Assembly: GCA_002716065.1 (NCBI GenBank)
Contig: PAZE01000048.1
Coordinates: forward strand, 13-64,012
From: Crocinitomicaceae bacterium
GTDB taxonomy: Bacteria; Bacteroidota; Bacteroidia; Flavobacteriales_D; Parvicellaceae
Reading direction: 5' to 3'
DNA length: 64,000 nucleotides
Part shown: positions 51,712 to 61,492 of the stretch, piece by piece
Position numbering within the stretch: position 1 is the stretch's first letter
Layout of the letters: every line of letters starts with the position of its first letter
Notes under the pieces: model-generated
The model's input: the letters and a program-made list of their open reading frames with translations, nothing else
Database searches by the model: none
Told to the model about the DNA's origin: nothing
Made by a program: the position numbers and the translations under genes

Positions 51712-52638
51712 TTAGTCTAGATGCTGCATTAAATACTGGTACAATTTAAGCATAGCTTCTATATCTTTTTTATGTACTTTTTCATCTGGTGAATGCACAT
51801 AGTTTTCAGGAGCGCCAATAAAACACCAATCAAATGGATAGGGGGATTTTTGAAGCTGATTACCATCACTTCCTCCTGATGCTTCAACCTCTATCTGATA
51901 ATTAATACCAGAATTTTCAGCAAGTTGAATTATTTGGTCAACATAAGAGCGTCTTGGTATCCCAGAGTCTCTTCTAGAGATAGCAACTCCATTACCGTGT
52001 TTCACTCCTTCAGTTACCCAAGTAATATCAGAAATAAGCGCTTTTTGAACGCCCCATCTTTCATAAATGTATTTAGCAAGGTAACCAACAGCTCCTCCAC
52101 CAACTTCTTCCCAACAAGAAAAACAAATTATTCCATTTTCAAGTGTTTTTGCCAATTCTAAGGCATTCCAAACACCTAATCGGTTATCCATGTAGCAGCA
52201 TTGAACATAATCTTTAGTTTCTCTCCAATTGGGTTTAAATACTAGCTCAGTTCCTCTGTCAATATCTCTATGGAAGACATATTCTATTCGTTTGTTGTCA
52301 TTTTCGTCTTCAATAATTAACATTCCAGCATCTATGTCACCTTTAGAATCCTTTCCAATAAGTTGATAGCTGTCGTCAATTTTAGGACCTCCTATTTTAA
52401 TAAGCTCCTTATTGTATTTAACAGAGAATCCAATGGAATCCATGTGAGCAAAAACAGCCACCTTTGGATTACCAAATTTAAGTATAATACAATCTTGGAT
52501 TTCATTACCAGTTATAATTTGAGGAGTACAGGTAAAAGAACTTACATTTTCATTAATGTAGTTTATTATAAATTCCTTCATTTCAACTTCATTTCCTGAA
52601 GGAGCATGAATACTGCAAAGCTGTTTTAGTAGTTCCAT
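51712..52638 (-). CDS. M42-like (or M20/M28-related) metallopeptidase
   Basis: N-terminus LLKQLCSIHAPSGNEVEMKEFI is typical of M42/FrvX-like aminopeptidases. HMDSIG and EEVGGG metal-ligand-like motifs are present. Confidence 0.6.
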   Translation of the reverse strand: MELLKQLCSIHAPSGNEVEMKEFIINYINENVSSFTCTPQIITGNEIQDCIILKFGNPKVAVFAHMDSIGFSVKYNKELIKIGGPKIDDSYQLIGKDSKGDIDAGMLIIEDENDNKRIEYVFHRDIDRGTELVFKPNWRETKDYVQCCYMDNRLGVWNALELAKTLENGIICFSCWEEVGGGAVGYLAKYIYERWGVQKALISDITWVTEGVKHGNGVAISRRDSGIPRRSYVDQIIQLAENSGINYQIEVEASGGSDGNQLQKSPYPFDWCFIGAPENYVHSPDEKVHKKDIEAMLKLYQYLMQHLD

Positions 52639-52702
52639 TTTTCAAAAATAGAAGAATTAAAAGTTTTAGATTTAAAAAAAAATAAATTTTGAAATAAATA
52701 TA

Positions 52703-52710
52703 TATATTTG
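52703..52710 (+). promoter_or_regulatory. -7 box (TATATTTG) upstream of tRNA-His
   Basis: Matches TAnnTTTG and lies 13 nt before the tRNA 5' end. No TTTG sits at the canonical 19-nt spacing. Confidence 0.4.
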
Positions 52711-52722
52711 CAACCCTAATAT

Positions 52723-52799
52723 GGTGGATGTAGCTCAGCTGGTTAGAGCATCGGTTTGTGGTACCGAGGGTCGCGGGTTCGAATCCCGTCTTCCACCCA
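52723..52799 (+). tRNA. tRNA-His (anticodon GTG)
   Basis: Hand-folded cloverleaf. G-1 plus acceptor GTGGATG, D arm GCTC/GAGC, anticodon stem TCGGT/ACCGA with loop TTGTGGT, T arm GCGGG-TTCGAAT-CCCGT, and discriminator C. The acceptor stem has one U-U mismatch. Confidence 0.9.
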
Positions 52800-52800
52800 A

Positions 52801-52827
52801 AAAGCCTGAATTTTCAGGCTTTTTTTA
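52801..52827 (+). terminator. hairpin plus T-tract directly after tRNA-His
   Basis: AAAGCCTGAA/TTCAGGCTTT complementary arms (core GCCTG/CAGGC) followed by TTTTTTT. Confidence 0.65.
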
Positions 52828-52838
52828 GTTTTTTAAAT

Positions 52839-53204
52839 ATGTTTTGGTCCAAGCAAAAGAAGTCTGATTTTAATTGGAATTACTTAAAATCTATTGATGA
52901 TTTTAATTCGGCTGTTGAAGCATCTTTTTCAGCTGATATTTTACTTTTTAAACATTCAACAAGATGCTCAATAAGCACACTAGCAAAATCTAGAATTGAA
53001 AACTCTTGGAAAACTTCACTTTCAATTAAGCCTTATTTAATTGATGTATTAAATTTTAGAGAAATATCTAATGAAATAGCCCATAGGTTTGATGTTGTCC
53101 ATGAGTCTCCTCAAGTTCTAGTGATTTCATCAAATAAGTGCCTTGGATATCTATCACATTCAGCAATAGAAATGGATGAAATTGAAGTGATAATTAATGG
53201 ATGA
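52839..53204 (+). CDS. ytxJ: YtxJ-like bacillithiol-system redox protein (DUF2847, monothiol thioredoxin fold)
   Basis: ATG at 52839 and an FKHSTRCSIS motif characteristic of YtxJ. The GTG-extended track ORF (52758) overlaps the tRNA and is rejected. Confidence 0.7.
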   Translation: MFWSKQKKSDFNWNYLKSIDDFNSAVEASFSADILLFKHSTRCSISTLAKSRIENSWKTSLSIKPYLIDVLNFREISNEIAHRFDVVHESPQVLVISSNKCLGYLSHSAIEMDEIEVIING

Positions 53205-54491
53205 TTATCTTTTTTCTAATGGGATGTAATCCCTTTCGTTTTCACCAGTATATACCTGCCTTGGTCTGCCAATTGGTTGACCTTCCTCCATCATTTCTTT
53301 CCATTGAGCAATCCAACCTGGAAGACGTCCAAGAGCAAACATAACCGTAAACATCTCAGTTGGAATACCTAAAGCTCTATATATTATACCAGAATAGAAG
53401 TCTACATTTGGATAGAGCCCTCTATCTACAAAATATTGGTCGCTTAAAGCAACTTCTTCCAATTGTTTTGCTATGTCTAGTACTGGATCTACAACTCCTA
53501 ATTTATTAAGCACATCATCAGCAGCTTTTTTAATGATTTTTGCTCTAGGATCAAAGTTCTTGTAAACTCTGTGCCCAAATCCCATTAATCTAAAAGGATC
53601 ATTTTTGTCTTTTGCTTTTTGAATCCACTTATCCAATTTTCCACCATCATTTTTTATAGCTTCTAGCATTTCTATAACTGCTTGATTAGCACCACCATGC
53701 AATGGTCCCCAAAGAGCAGAAACGCCAGCAGAAATTGATGCGTATAAATTGGCCTGAGATGAACCTACAATTCTTACAGTAGATGCAGAGCAATTTTGCT
53801 CATGATCAGCATGAAGTATAAGAAGCTTGTTTAATGCATTAACAATTACAGGATCTGCATAGTATTTTTCAGATGGGTTAGCAAACATCATGTACAGAAA
53901 ATTCTCGCAGTAATCAAATTTATTTAAAGGATACATTAAAGGATGTCTCATTGCGTTTTTATACGCCCAGGCAGCTAGAGTTGGTGTTTTGGCGATTAAT
54001 CGATGAATTGTAAGATCTATAGCCTCAGTTGGTCTAGTTGGGTCTTGAGATTCTGGATAGAAAGTAGAAAGTGTACATAAAGAAGCAGCCATAATTCCCA
54101 TGGGGTGAGCTTTTGCTGGATAGGCTTCTAAAAATTGCCTCATATCTTCATGAACAAGGGTATGATGGGTTATACTTTCTTTAAACGCTAAAAATTCTTC
54201 TTTCGAAGGTAAATTTCCATATACAAGAAGATAGGCAACCTCCAAAAATTCGGCTTGATCTGCAAGTTGCTCTATTGGATAACCTCTATATCTTAAAATT
54301 CCCTTTTCACCATCTAAAAAAGTAATTCCACTTTTAGTTGAACCAGTATTTTTAAAACCAGTGTCAATTGTAATGTATCCGGTTTGGGCTCTTAACTTAG
54401 AAATGTCAATTGCTTTTTCATTTTCTGAACCTGTAATGACAGGGCACTCATAGGTTTTACCTTCTAAAGTAATATTGGCTATCTCACTCAT
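53205..54491 (-). CDS. gltA: citrate synthase
   Basis: GFGHRVYK and HADHEQNCS motifs. 428 aa. Confidence 0.95.
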   Translation of the reverse strand: MSEIANITLEGKTYECPVITGSENEKAIDISKLRAQTGYITIDTGFKNTGSTKSGITFLDGEKGILRYRGYPIEQLADQAEFLEVAYLLVYGNLPSKEEFLAFKESITHHTLVHEDMRQFLEAYPAKAHPMGIMAASLCTLSTFYPESQDPTRPTEAIDLTIHRLIAKTPTLAAWAYKNAMRHPLMYPLNKFDYCENFLYMMFANPSEKYYADPVIVNALNKLLILHADHEQNCSASTVRIVGSSQANLYASISAGVSALWGPLHGGANQAVIEMLEAIKNDGGKLDKWIQKAKDKNDPFRLMGFGHRVYKNFDPRAKIIKKAADDVLNKLGVVDPVLDIAKQLEEVALSDQYFVDRGLYPNVDFYSGIIYRALGIPTEMFTVMFALGRLPGWIAQWKEMMEEGQPIGRPRQVYTGENERDYIPLEKR

Positions 54492-54571
54492 ATTCTCCTT
54501 TGTATAAAATTTGGAATTTAACTCCGTAAAGATAACAACTTTACAGAGAGAGCAAAATATTTAAAGTCAAA

Positions 54572-56257
54572 TTATCTTAATATTTTTCGAACAAAAGCAA
54601 CTGTGAAGTAAGACATTAGAAAAACTCCTGTAAAGCCTTCAATTGGAGAAACTATTTTAAGAATTCCTGTGGGTACACATTCACCATATCCAATGGTGAA
54701 AAAGGTGATGGCACTAAAGTAAAAAGAATCTAAAACCTTCTGAATTAAGCTCATGTTATTGTCAATACATGAAATGTGTCCAAAACCAACTAATAGACTA
54801 AATAAATAAAAGCAGGTGTAAAGAAAATTTGCAATTACAATGCTAAATAAAACACGAATTGGACTTGTTGCATATAAACCTAAAAAGTCAAAAACAATTT
54901 TTTGAAATAAAACGTAAGGGTAATTCCAGAAAATGTTGAGTTTATTATCAATAATTCTGTTTGATGAAATGTATTTTAATTCGTATCTCTTAAACGAAAC
55001 GTAAGCTTTGTCTTCATCAGCATAATTTCCAGAGCTCCTAAAATCTTCTTTTAATACTCTAAATTGTTCCGCTTTTTCTTGGTCGTTAGTGTCTTTCTGG
55101 TTGGAAATTAGCTTTTCAACATTATTTTGCTGCCATGATATAAAAAGCTTTCCAAGAATACGAATCCCCTGTAAATAAAGCCTATTTATTTTAACTGGTG
55201 CTATACCTGGTTTCAAGTCTATAATATCTCTAATGATACAATAGGATAAATCAATGTGTTGACATCTGTATACTCTTAGGTCCAAATAGTTGGAAAGTAT
55301 ACACTTAGAAAAGGAAAATGATTTCGCTCTTGCATTTAACAATGATATTTTTCCAGTACTAAATTCAGCTTCATCAAATTGAACATCAACATCTCCAAAA
55401 AGTGCCTGTTGAAAATTAATTGTTCTTTTCCCAAATTTTGCTCTTTTGAAATTTACTTTTTCATGACCTGAATGTTCAATTTCTTGAAAATTTACTTCAG
55501 CATTTCCAAAATCTACTCTTCTGAAATCAAGTTTTCCACTTCCGAATTCAACTTTGGAAAAATCAATGTATAAGCCGTTAAAAATGCATCGATCAAATAA
55601 TTTTGTTCCTTTTCCAAAAGTGGCGAATGAAAACATTACATCACCATTGCCGAAATTAATGTTTTTGAAGTTGGAAGCACCATTGCCAAAATTGGCATTA
55701 ATGAATGAAATGTTTCCATTAATAAAGCAGGCGTTTTCAAAACTTAGATTTCCATTTCCGAATTGAGTGTATTGAAAAATATTATTTCCTTCACTATAAC
55801 TCGTATTGCTAAAATCAACATTTAAATCAGCGAAAATAGAACTGTAAAAAGATAAATTACCATTTCCAAAATGAGAATTTGAAAAATCAACTTGATTGCC
55901 AGTAAATTTACAAAATGAAAAATCAACAAGTGAATCGGCCTCAAAAATAGAATCGTTAGCTTTAAAATCTTTTAATTCTATTAATGATTCATTGGATAAG
56001 TTATGAGCAGTTCTGTATTTACTCGCTGAAAAATTATTTATGTAGCAATTGGAAAGATTAATCGATTCATTAGTAGAGATTTTTTGGTAGAGATCATCTA
56101 TTTCTATAACGCCATATTTTTTTCGCTCAATTATGTTTTTGTTAATATCTCTAAAAGTAATTCTTGCCGTAGATTTAAGCTTAACCCCAGAAGATAGTTC
56201 ATATGGCTCATCAGTAATTTTTACTGCATAGGAATGTATAACTCTATTTACTTTCAT
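54572..56257 (-). CDS. pentapeptide-repeat protein fused to a C-terminal 2-TM potassium-channel pore domain
   Basis: About 250 aa of pentapeptide-type repeats (…FGNGNLSFENACFINGNISFINANFGNGASNFKNINFGNGDVMF…). Then TM1, a pore helix with the TIGYG selectivity filter (encoded at 54683-54697), and TM2. Confidence 0.8.
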   Translation of the reverse strand: MKVNRVIHSYAVKITDEPYELSSGVKLKSTARITFRDINKNIIERKKYGVIEIDDLYQKISTNESINLSNCYINNFSASKYRTAHNLSNESLIELKDFKANDSIFEADSLVDFSFCKFTGNQVDFSNSHFGNGNLSFYSSIFADLNVDFSNTSYSEGNNIFQYTQFGNGNLSFENACFINGNISFINANFGNGASNFKNINFGNGDVMFSFATFGKGTKLFDRCIFNGLYIDFSKVEFGSGKLDFRRVDFGNAEVNFQEIEHSGHEKVNFKRAKFGKRTINFQQALFGDVDVQFDEAEFSTGKISLLNARAKSFSFSKCILSNYLDLRVYRCQHIDLSYCIIRDIIDLKPGIAPVKINRLYLQGIRILGKLFISWQQNNVEKLISNQKDTNDQEKAEQFRVLKEDFRSSGNYADEDKAYVSFKRYELKYISSNRIIDNKLNIFWNYPYVLFQKIVFDFLGLYATSPIRVLFSIVIANFLYTCFYLFSLLVGFGHISCIDNNMSLIQKVLDSFYFSAITFFTIGYGECVPTGILKIVSPIEGFTGVFLMSYFTVAFVRKILR

Positions 56258-56290
56258 TACCTATAATATAATCAATTTCTAAGGGGTTTA

Positions 56291-56854
56291 CTAATTCTGA
56301 GAATTGTTTTTTAGGGATTTATTCCATGCTTCATTTAAGTAATTGTTGTAGTATTTATATTGGTCACTTGCAAAAAAAAGTAAAATACCCAAAAGTTTTT
56401 CGGTGTCTTTAAAGCCTTTATAAATCATTAACCTTGTTAGGTTTTCATCTAGAATGACATAACTTGGATAGGAAAGTTTTCCATCTAGAATGGAATGAGC
56501 AAACCAATGAGATTTTCCTCTTGAGGAATTGGTTGATTTGACAAAGCTTGGATCTGAATTAATAAATTGGTGCCCATTAAAGACAATAGTATCTTTTGTC
56601 TCTGCATCAAATTTAACACAGTAGTATTTAGAATTCATGTAATTAACAATAGTTCTATCACTAAAAGTAGTTCCATCCATCCTTTTGCACCACCCACACC
56701 ATGAGGTGAACAAATCAATAAACACTTTCTTTTTAATACTGTCGTTTTCTCTTTCTTGGATCATTTGATCCCAATTTATCCAGTTGATTTTTTCTTGTGA
56801 ATAAGAAAATAATCCACTAGCTAAAAAAAACAGGCATAAACAATAGCTTTTCAT
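56291..56854 (-). CDS. thioredoxin-fold protein (DUF255 / thioredoxin_7-like), secreted
   Basis: Signal peptide and an SWCGWCKRM CxxC motif. Confidence 0.65.
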   Translation of the reverse strand: MKSYCLCLFFLASGLFSYSQEKINWINWDQMIQERENDSIKKKVFIDLFTSWCGWCKRMDGTTFSDRTIVNYMNSKYYCVKFDAETKDTIVFNGHQFINSDPSFVKSTNSSRGKSHWFAHSILDGKLSYPSYVILDENLTRLMIYKGFKDTEKLLGILLFFASDQYKYYNNYLNEAWNKSLKNNSQN

Positions 56855-56856
56855 TC

Positions 56857-59043
56857 TTATAAGTTTTCCATTAGGTAGTTAGTCATCATATCATACAAAT
56901 GCCATCGAGTATTTCCACCATATATACCATGATTTTTATTGGGATAGGCAAAGAAATCAAATTGTTTATTTGCTTTTATTAAAGCATCAACCATCTCTAC
57001 TGCATTTTGGTAATGAACATTGTCGTCTGCCATTCCGTGAATAAGCAAGTAATTACCTTTTAATTTATCTACATGATTAATAGGGGAGTTGATGTCGTAA
57101 TTTTCTCCATTTTCTTGAGGAGTTCTCATGAATCGCTCTGTATATATATTGTCGTAAAATCTCCAGTTGGACACAGGCGCTACAGCAATGGCCGTTTTAA
57201 AGACATCTGCTCCTTTTGTTATGCATAGAGATGACATATATCCCCCATAACTCCAACCAAAAATTCCAATTCTATCAGCATCAATGTAATTTAGACTTCC
57301 TAAGTACTTTGCAGCAGCTATTTGATCTTCAGTTTCGTATTTTCCAAGTTGCAAATAGGTGGAATGTTTAAAATCTCTGCCTCTGTATCCAGTTCCCCTT
57401 GCATCAACAGAAACTACAATATAACCTTTTTGAGCAAGCATTTGCCACCAGAAATAGTTCATCCATTCCCAAGAGTCATTAACTGTATTTATTCCAGGTC
57501 CACCATAAACAAACATTAATACTGGATACTTTTTATTTTTTTTGAAATTTGAGGGTTTAATCATCCAAGCATTTAATTCCTGCTTGTTGTTATTCTTAAT
57601 AGTAAAAAATTCTTTTTGTGAAAGATCAAACTTACTCATTCTCTCTTTTAAAGCGCTATTGTCTTTAAGTACCTTGATTAATTTTCCAGATTTATTGTGA
57701 AGGGTAATGTAATGAGTTGTATTGGCAGTGGTATTATAGTGAATGTAGTAATCAAAAGTAGAGCTGAATTCAGCTTCATTAGTTCCGCTTTGTAGACTGA
57801 GTTTTCTAAGCTGATTATTAGAAATATTTAATGAGTAAACTTCTCTTTTAGTAGCATGCTCTTTTGCGGCTTGAAAGTAAATTGTACTAGTTTCATTGTT
57901 ATAACCATATACTTGAGTTACCTCCCATTTACCTTCTGTAAGTTGAGTTTCTTGATCAGAATTAATTAAATAAATATGATTGTAACCGTCTTTTTCTGAA
58001 GTCCATAAAAATTTGGATGACCCATCTAAGAATTTAAGATTGTCGTGAATGTCAATATATGTTTTAGCCGTTTCTTTATAGATTGCTTTGGTTTTAACTC
58101 CCTGACTATTAGGACGATCTTGAGCAAATTCACCTATTAAAATTTCAAGTTCATTTTGAAGTCTATTCATTTTTTGAACCGAAAGTATATCTGGATCTTT
58201 TGTCCATTTTATTCTCGGAATATAAATGTCTGGATTGGTTCCTATGTCAAAAGGTGTTGTTCTTTGCTGATTTAGCTCATATACAAATATAGAAACAACA
58301 GAATTAGCTTCTCCTGCTTTGGGGTATTTGAACTTGTAATGATTTGGATATAGATTACCGTACATTTCCATTTGGAATTCTTTTACATCTCCTTCATAAA
58401 ATGAGTAGTAGGCTATTTTTGAACCATCAATAGACCATTCAAATCCTTTATGAAAACTAAATTCTTCTTCATATACCCAATCGGTTGCGCCATTGATCGT
58501 TTCATTGATTTTTCCACTTGTTGTTACTTGAATTTCAAGAGTGTCATTTAGTGATCTAATAAATAAATTATTATCTCTGACATAAGCAATTTTATCGCCA
58601 GTTGGAGAGAATTCAGCAAGGCGTTGTTTCCCTTTTTTAAAATCTGTTAACGGTTTAATCTCCTTTGATTTAAGATCGTATATGTAATAATTTGATTTTG
58701 AAGAATGTCTGTATATGGGTTCTGTGTTAGTAGAAATTAATAATTTTGTTTCATCGTGATTAAATTGATAGTCACTAAAGCTAATGCCGTCAATTTCTTT
58801 GGATGATAATAGGGTTCCTATTTTTGAATAATCTTGGTAGGAATATTTGTTAAGTTCAGTATCCCCAGTTTTGTAGTTAACATCTAAAGAAGTAAAAGAT
58901 TTACCATCATTTAGCGAATTAACTGAATTAATTTGTTCGGGATAAAATGTTCCGCTATACCATATGATTTGATTGTCTATTACTTTTTGTGAAAATGAAT
59001 AAAGACAAATGAAAATTGAAAATACTAAGGTTGATTTTTTCAT
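56857..59043 (-). CDS. S9B family dipeptidyl-peptidase IV
   Basis: N-terminal beta-propeller region and the GWSYGGY nucleophile elbow, with C-terminal D and H residues (HGMADDNVH; NHGI). Confidence 0.9.
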   Translation of the reverse strand: MKKSTLVFSIFICLYSFSQKVIDNQIIWYSGTFYPEQINSVNSLNDGKSFTSLDVNYKTGDTELNKYSYQDYSKIGTLLSSKEIDGISFSDYQFNHDETKLLISTNTEPIYRHSSKSNYYIYDLKSKEIKPLTDFKKGKQRLAEFSPTGDKIAYVRDNNLFIRSLNDTLEIQVTTSGKINETINGATDWVYEEEFSFHKGFEWSIDGSKIAYYSFYEGDVKEFQMEMYGNLYPNHYKFKYPKAGEANSVVSIFVYELNQQRTTPFDIGTNPDIYIPRIKWTKDPDILSVQKMNRLQNELEILIGEFAQDRPNSQGVKTKAIYKETAKTYIDIHDNLKFLDGSSKFLWTSEKDGYNHIYLINSDQETQLTEGKWEVTQVYGYNNETSTIYFQAAKEHATKREVYSLNISNNQLRKLSLQSGTNEAEFSSTFDYYIHYNTTANTTHYITLHNKSGKLIKVLKDNSALKERMSKFDLSQKEFFTIKNNNKQELNAWMIKPSNFKKNKKYPVLMFVYGGPGINTVNDSWEWMNYFWWQMLAQKGYIVVSVDARGTGYRGRDFKHSTYLQLGKYETEDQIAAAKYLGSLNYIDADRIGIFGWSYGGYMSSLCITKGADVFKTAIAVAPVSNWRFYDNIYTERFMRTPQENGENYDINSPINHVDKLKGNYLLIHGMADDNVHYQNAVEMVDALIKANKQFDFFAYPNKNHGIYGGNTRWHLYDMMTNYLMENL

Positions 59044-59110
59044 GAATTAAATTTTGAGTCTCGAATGTACCCAAAACAATTTTCAGACCAAAATATAATT
59101 TACTCCTTTT

Positions 59111-59563
59111 TTAATCTTCAAGAGCCTTTAGTGCATCATATATGTGTTTGTTCATGTTTGTTCCTGAATTAATTATTTTGACAATTACTCCTTTTTTATT
59201 GATTACGAATGTTATTCTTCCAGGAACTAGACCCAAAAAATCAGAAGGAAGCTTAAGTTTTCTTCTTATTTTACCATCCTTATCTGAAAGTAATGTGAAG
59301 GGTAGTTGGTGATTTTCTATGAATGATTTGTGACTTTCGGGTGTGTCATTACTAATGCCAATTACTTTGCAGTTTAAGTTTAAAAACGCTCCAAATTCAT
59401 CTCTGAATTTACAAGCCTGTTTAGTACAACCGTAAGTTTCATTTTTAGGGTAGAAATAAATAACAAGTTGTTCTTTGCCTAAAAATTCTAATAAGTCAAA
59501 ACTATTTGAGTTTTGGTCTAATAATTTGAATGTTGGGAATAAGTGGCCTTCTTTAATTTCCAA
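59111..59563 (-). CDS. bcp: thioredoxin-dependent thiol peroxidase (peroxiredoxin Bcp)
   Basis: FYPKNETYGCTKQAC peroxidatic-Cys motif. 150 aa, TTG start. Confidence 0.85.
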   Translation of the reverse strand: MEIKEGHLFPTFKLLDQNSNSFDLLEFLGKEQLVIYFYPKNETYGCTKQACKFRDEFGAFLNLNCKVIGISNDTPESHKSFIENHQLPFTLLSDKDGKIRRKLKLPSDFLGLVPGRITFVINKKGVIVKIINSGTNMNKHIYDALKALED

Positions 59564-59579
59564 TTATTAGATTTTGAAA

Positions 59580-60377
59580 TTAATAGTGAGTAATAACAGC
59601 AGTCTTAGAATTAATAATAATTGATGGAAGGCTTTGATTGTTAAATATAATAGACTGAGCGAATTTATCATTGGATGCGAAAAATCGATCAGAGTCGTTA
59701 GAATATGCTATAAGATCTGCTTTGGTGTTTTTACAATATTCTGAAATTGAATCAAAGTAATCTTTTTCACTATCAACTAGGTCTAGCTTACATTTCACAT
59801 TCATTTTTTCAAGTCTCTTGGCTAAGCCCATAAGATTAGCCTTTATCTTTTTTACCTTGCTTATTTCAGATTCTTTTTGGCCAATTATGTGTATGGTAGA
59901 GTTAAACATTTTGGCAATATTCCCTGCAAGAGAAACAATTTGAAGACTTTCCAAGGTTGTGTGAATTGGAAAAACAATATTTTCAATATTTTTTATTTCA
60001 GAATCATCTTGAACAATCATAAATGGAACACTAGTGCTTATAATGACTTTCATTGCAAAACTTCCAAAAACCTTTTGCATACCCTTAGATCCATGAGTGC
60101 CCATTATTATTGCAATTGCATTATTTTTCTCAGCAAATTTCCCAATGTCGCTGAATATGCTTCCATGAATACTTGTACATGAAATATGAGCATCTGGAAA
60201 ATTGCCTGCTATTGTATTTAATTTTTTTTCTGTTGAACTAATCTCATCTTCTTTTGAAACAATATGAATTAGCTCAATTTTAGCATCGACTTGACTAGCT
60301 AATTTTATGGCATAATCCAATGCATTATCAGCAGTAAATGTGAAATCGTGAGGGACAACAAAAGTTCTTTTAGACAT
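59580..60377 (-). CDS. universal stress protein, tandem Usp domains
   Basis: Two Usp-like halves (…IIMGTHGSKG…). ATG at 60377 is preferred over the TTG at 60398. Confidence 0.75.
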   Translation of the reverse strand: MSKRTFVVPHDFTFTADNALDYAIKLASQVDAKIELIHIVSKEDEISSTEKKLNTIAGNFPDAHISCTSIHGSIFSDIGKFAEKNNAIAIIMGTHGSKGMQKVFGSFAMKVIISTSVPFMIVQDDSEIKNIENIVFPIHTTLESLQIVSLAGNIAKMFNSTIHIIGQKESEISKVKKIKANLMGLAKRLEKMNVKCKLDLVDSEKDYFDSISEYCKNTKADLIAYSNDSDRFFASNDKFAQSIIFNNQSLPSIIINSKTAVITHY

Positions 60378-60454
60378 TTTAATGGGTTTTGACTGCAATA
60401 TTAAATATACGAAAAATTAAAACGAAATAAAAGTACCCAATATTGTCGAAAAAA

Positions 60455-61492
60455 TTAAAAAACTGGACAATAGATTACTCGGTATTTATCAGATTTGTTT
60501 ATTTCTTTTTGTGGAAGATCAAAAGTAATGGATATTTCATGAGATCCTGCAGAGGAACCAATAAGATTAGATAAATTTAAATCATACGAATAGCCAATTC
60601 TCATTTTGGTAGTTTCAATACCTCCCATGAGTACTAAAGCATCTTGAAGTTTAAAGATTTCATTAGTTGGGTTTAGGAAATTGGTGTGTCTATACCAAAT
60701 TCCAAAGCCTAAAATTCCATCTAAAAAATAGGCGCCAAAATTAAATTGCTTAAAATTATTTTGTAAATCGAATAATAGGTTAGGAGATATATATAATGGT
60801 TTGTGAAATAATCCGTTTTTAAGAATCGTTATCTGTTTTCCTGCATGAAGAGTATATCTTACGGGAAGTTTATTGTTTTCACTGCCATTAACAATAAATG
60901 ATTCTTGTGGTCTAGTAAGGTGATGAACAGCAAACCCAACAAATGAATTGGGTAAAAATGAAGCAAATTCAGAGGAAAAAAATACACATCCAGCACCAGC
61001 ATCAAAATAACTTGATGTTGGATTGTTAATGGTTTGATTGGTAGAATAAACAAAACCTCTTATTTCATCAATTTGATCACCAAATTGAGCAAGGCTAGTA
61101 TTGAAGCTTTTTTGCTGAAAAGCTCCTTTAAGACTAAAAGAGGAAGACCATCCTTTAGTTAATTTTATATGATACGCATAGCTTATACTTAATAAATTGG
61201 TGTTAAGTACTCCATTAGCAGTTTTATCGTGTAAAAATTGAAATCCCAGACCACCATGAATTTTTTCAATAAAATCATCGTATTCAAGATTATAGGTAAC
61301 GTATGCATTTTTTATTTCAGGCCATTGATTTCTGTAACCAGAATGAAATCTGGGGCTTAAATCTTTTCCAGCAAGAGCTGGATTAAGATGTAATGAATTA
61401 GCATAAAACTGAGTAAACTGAGGGTCTTGAGCGTACAGAAAGTAGGTTAAAAAAACACAAGGAAAAAGAAAAGTATATTTTATAAACCTCAT
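60455..61492 (-). CDS. PorP/SprF family type IX secretion system membrane protein
   Basis: Signal peptide followed by QDPQFTQFYANSLHLNPALAG, the hallmark N-terminal motif of PorP/SprF proteins. Beta-barrel-like; 345 aa. Confidence 0.85.
   Translation of the reverse strand: MRFIKYTFLFPCVFLTYFLYAQDPQFTQFYANSLHLNPALAGKDLSPRFHSGYRNQWPEIKNAYVTYNLEYDDFIEKIHGGLGFQFLHDKTANGVLNTNLLSISYAYHIKLTKGWSSSFSLKGAFQQKSFNTSLAQFGDQIDEIRGFVYSTNQTINNPTSSYFDAGAGCVFFSSEFASFLPNSFVGFAVHHLTRPQESFIVNGSENNKLPVRYTLHAGKQITILKNGLFHKPLYISPNLLFDLQNNFKQFNFGAYFLDGILGFGIWYRHTNFLNPTNEIFKLQDALVLMGGIETTKMRIGYSYDLNLSNLIGSSAGSHEISITFDLPQKEINKSDKYRVIYCPVF

Noticed and set aside
52758-52838. GTG-initiated N-terminal extension of the ytxJ ORF (MVPRVAGSNPVFHPK…).
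   Set aside because: This stretch is the 3' half of tRNA-His and its terminator read as protein. The real start is the ATG at 52839.
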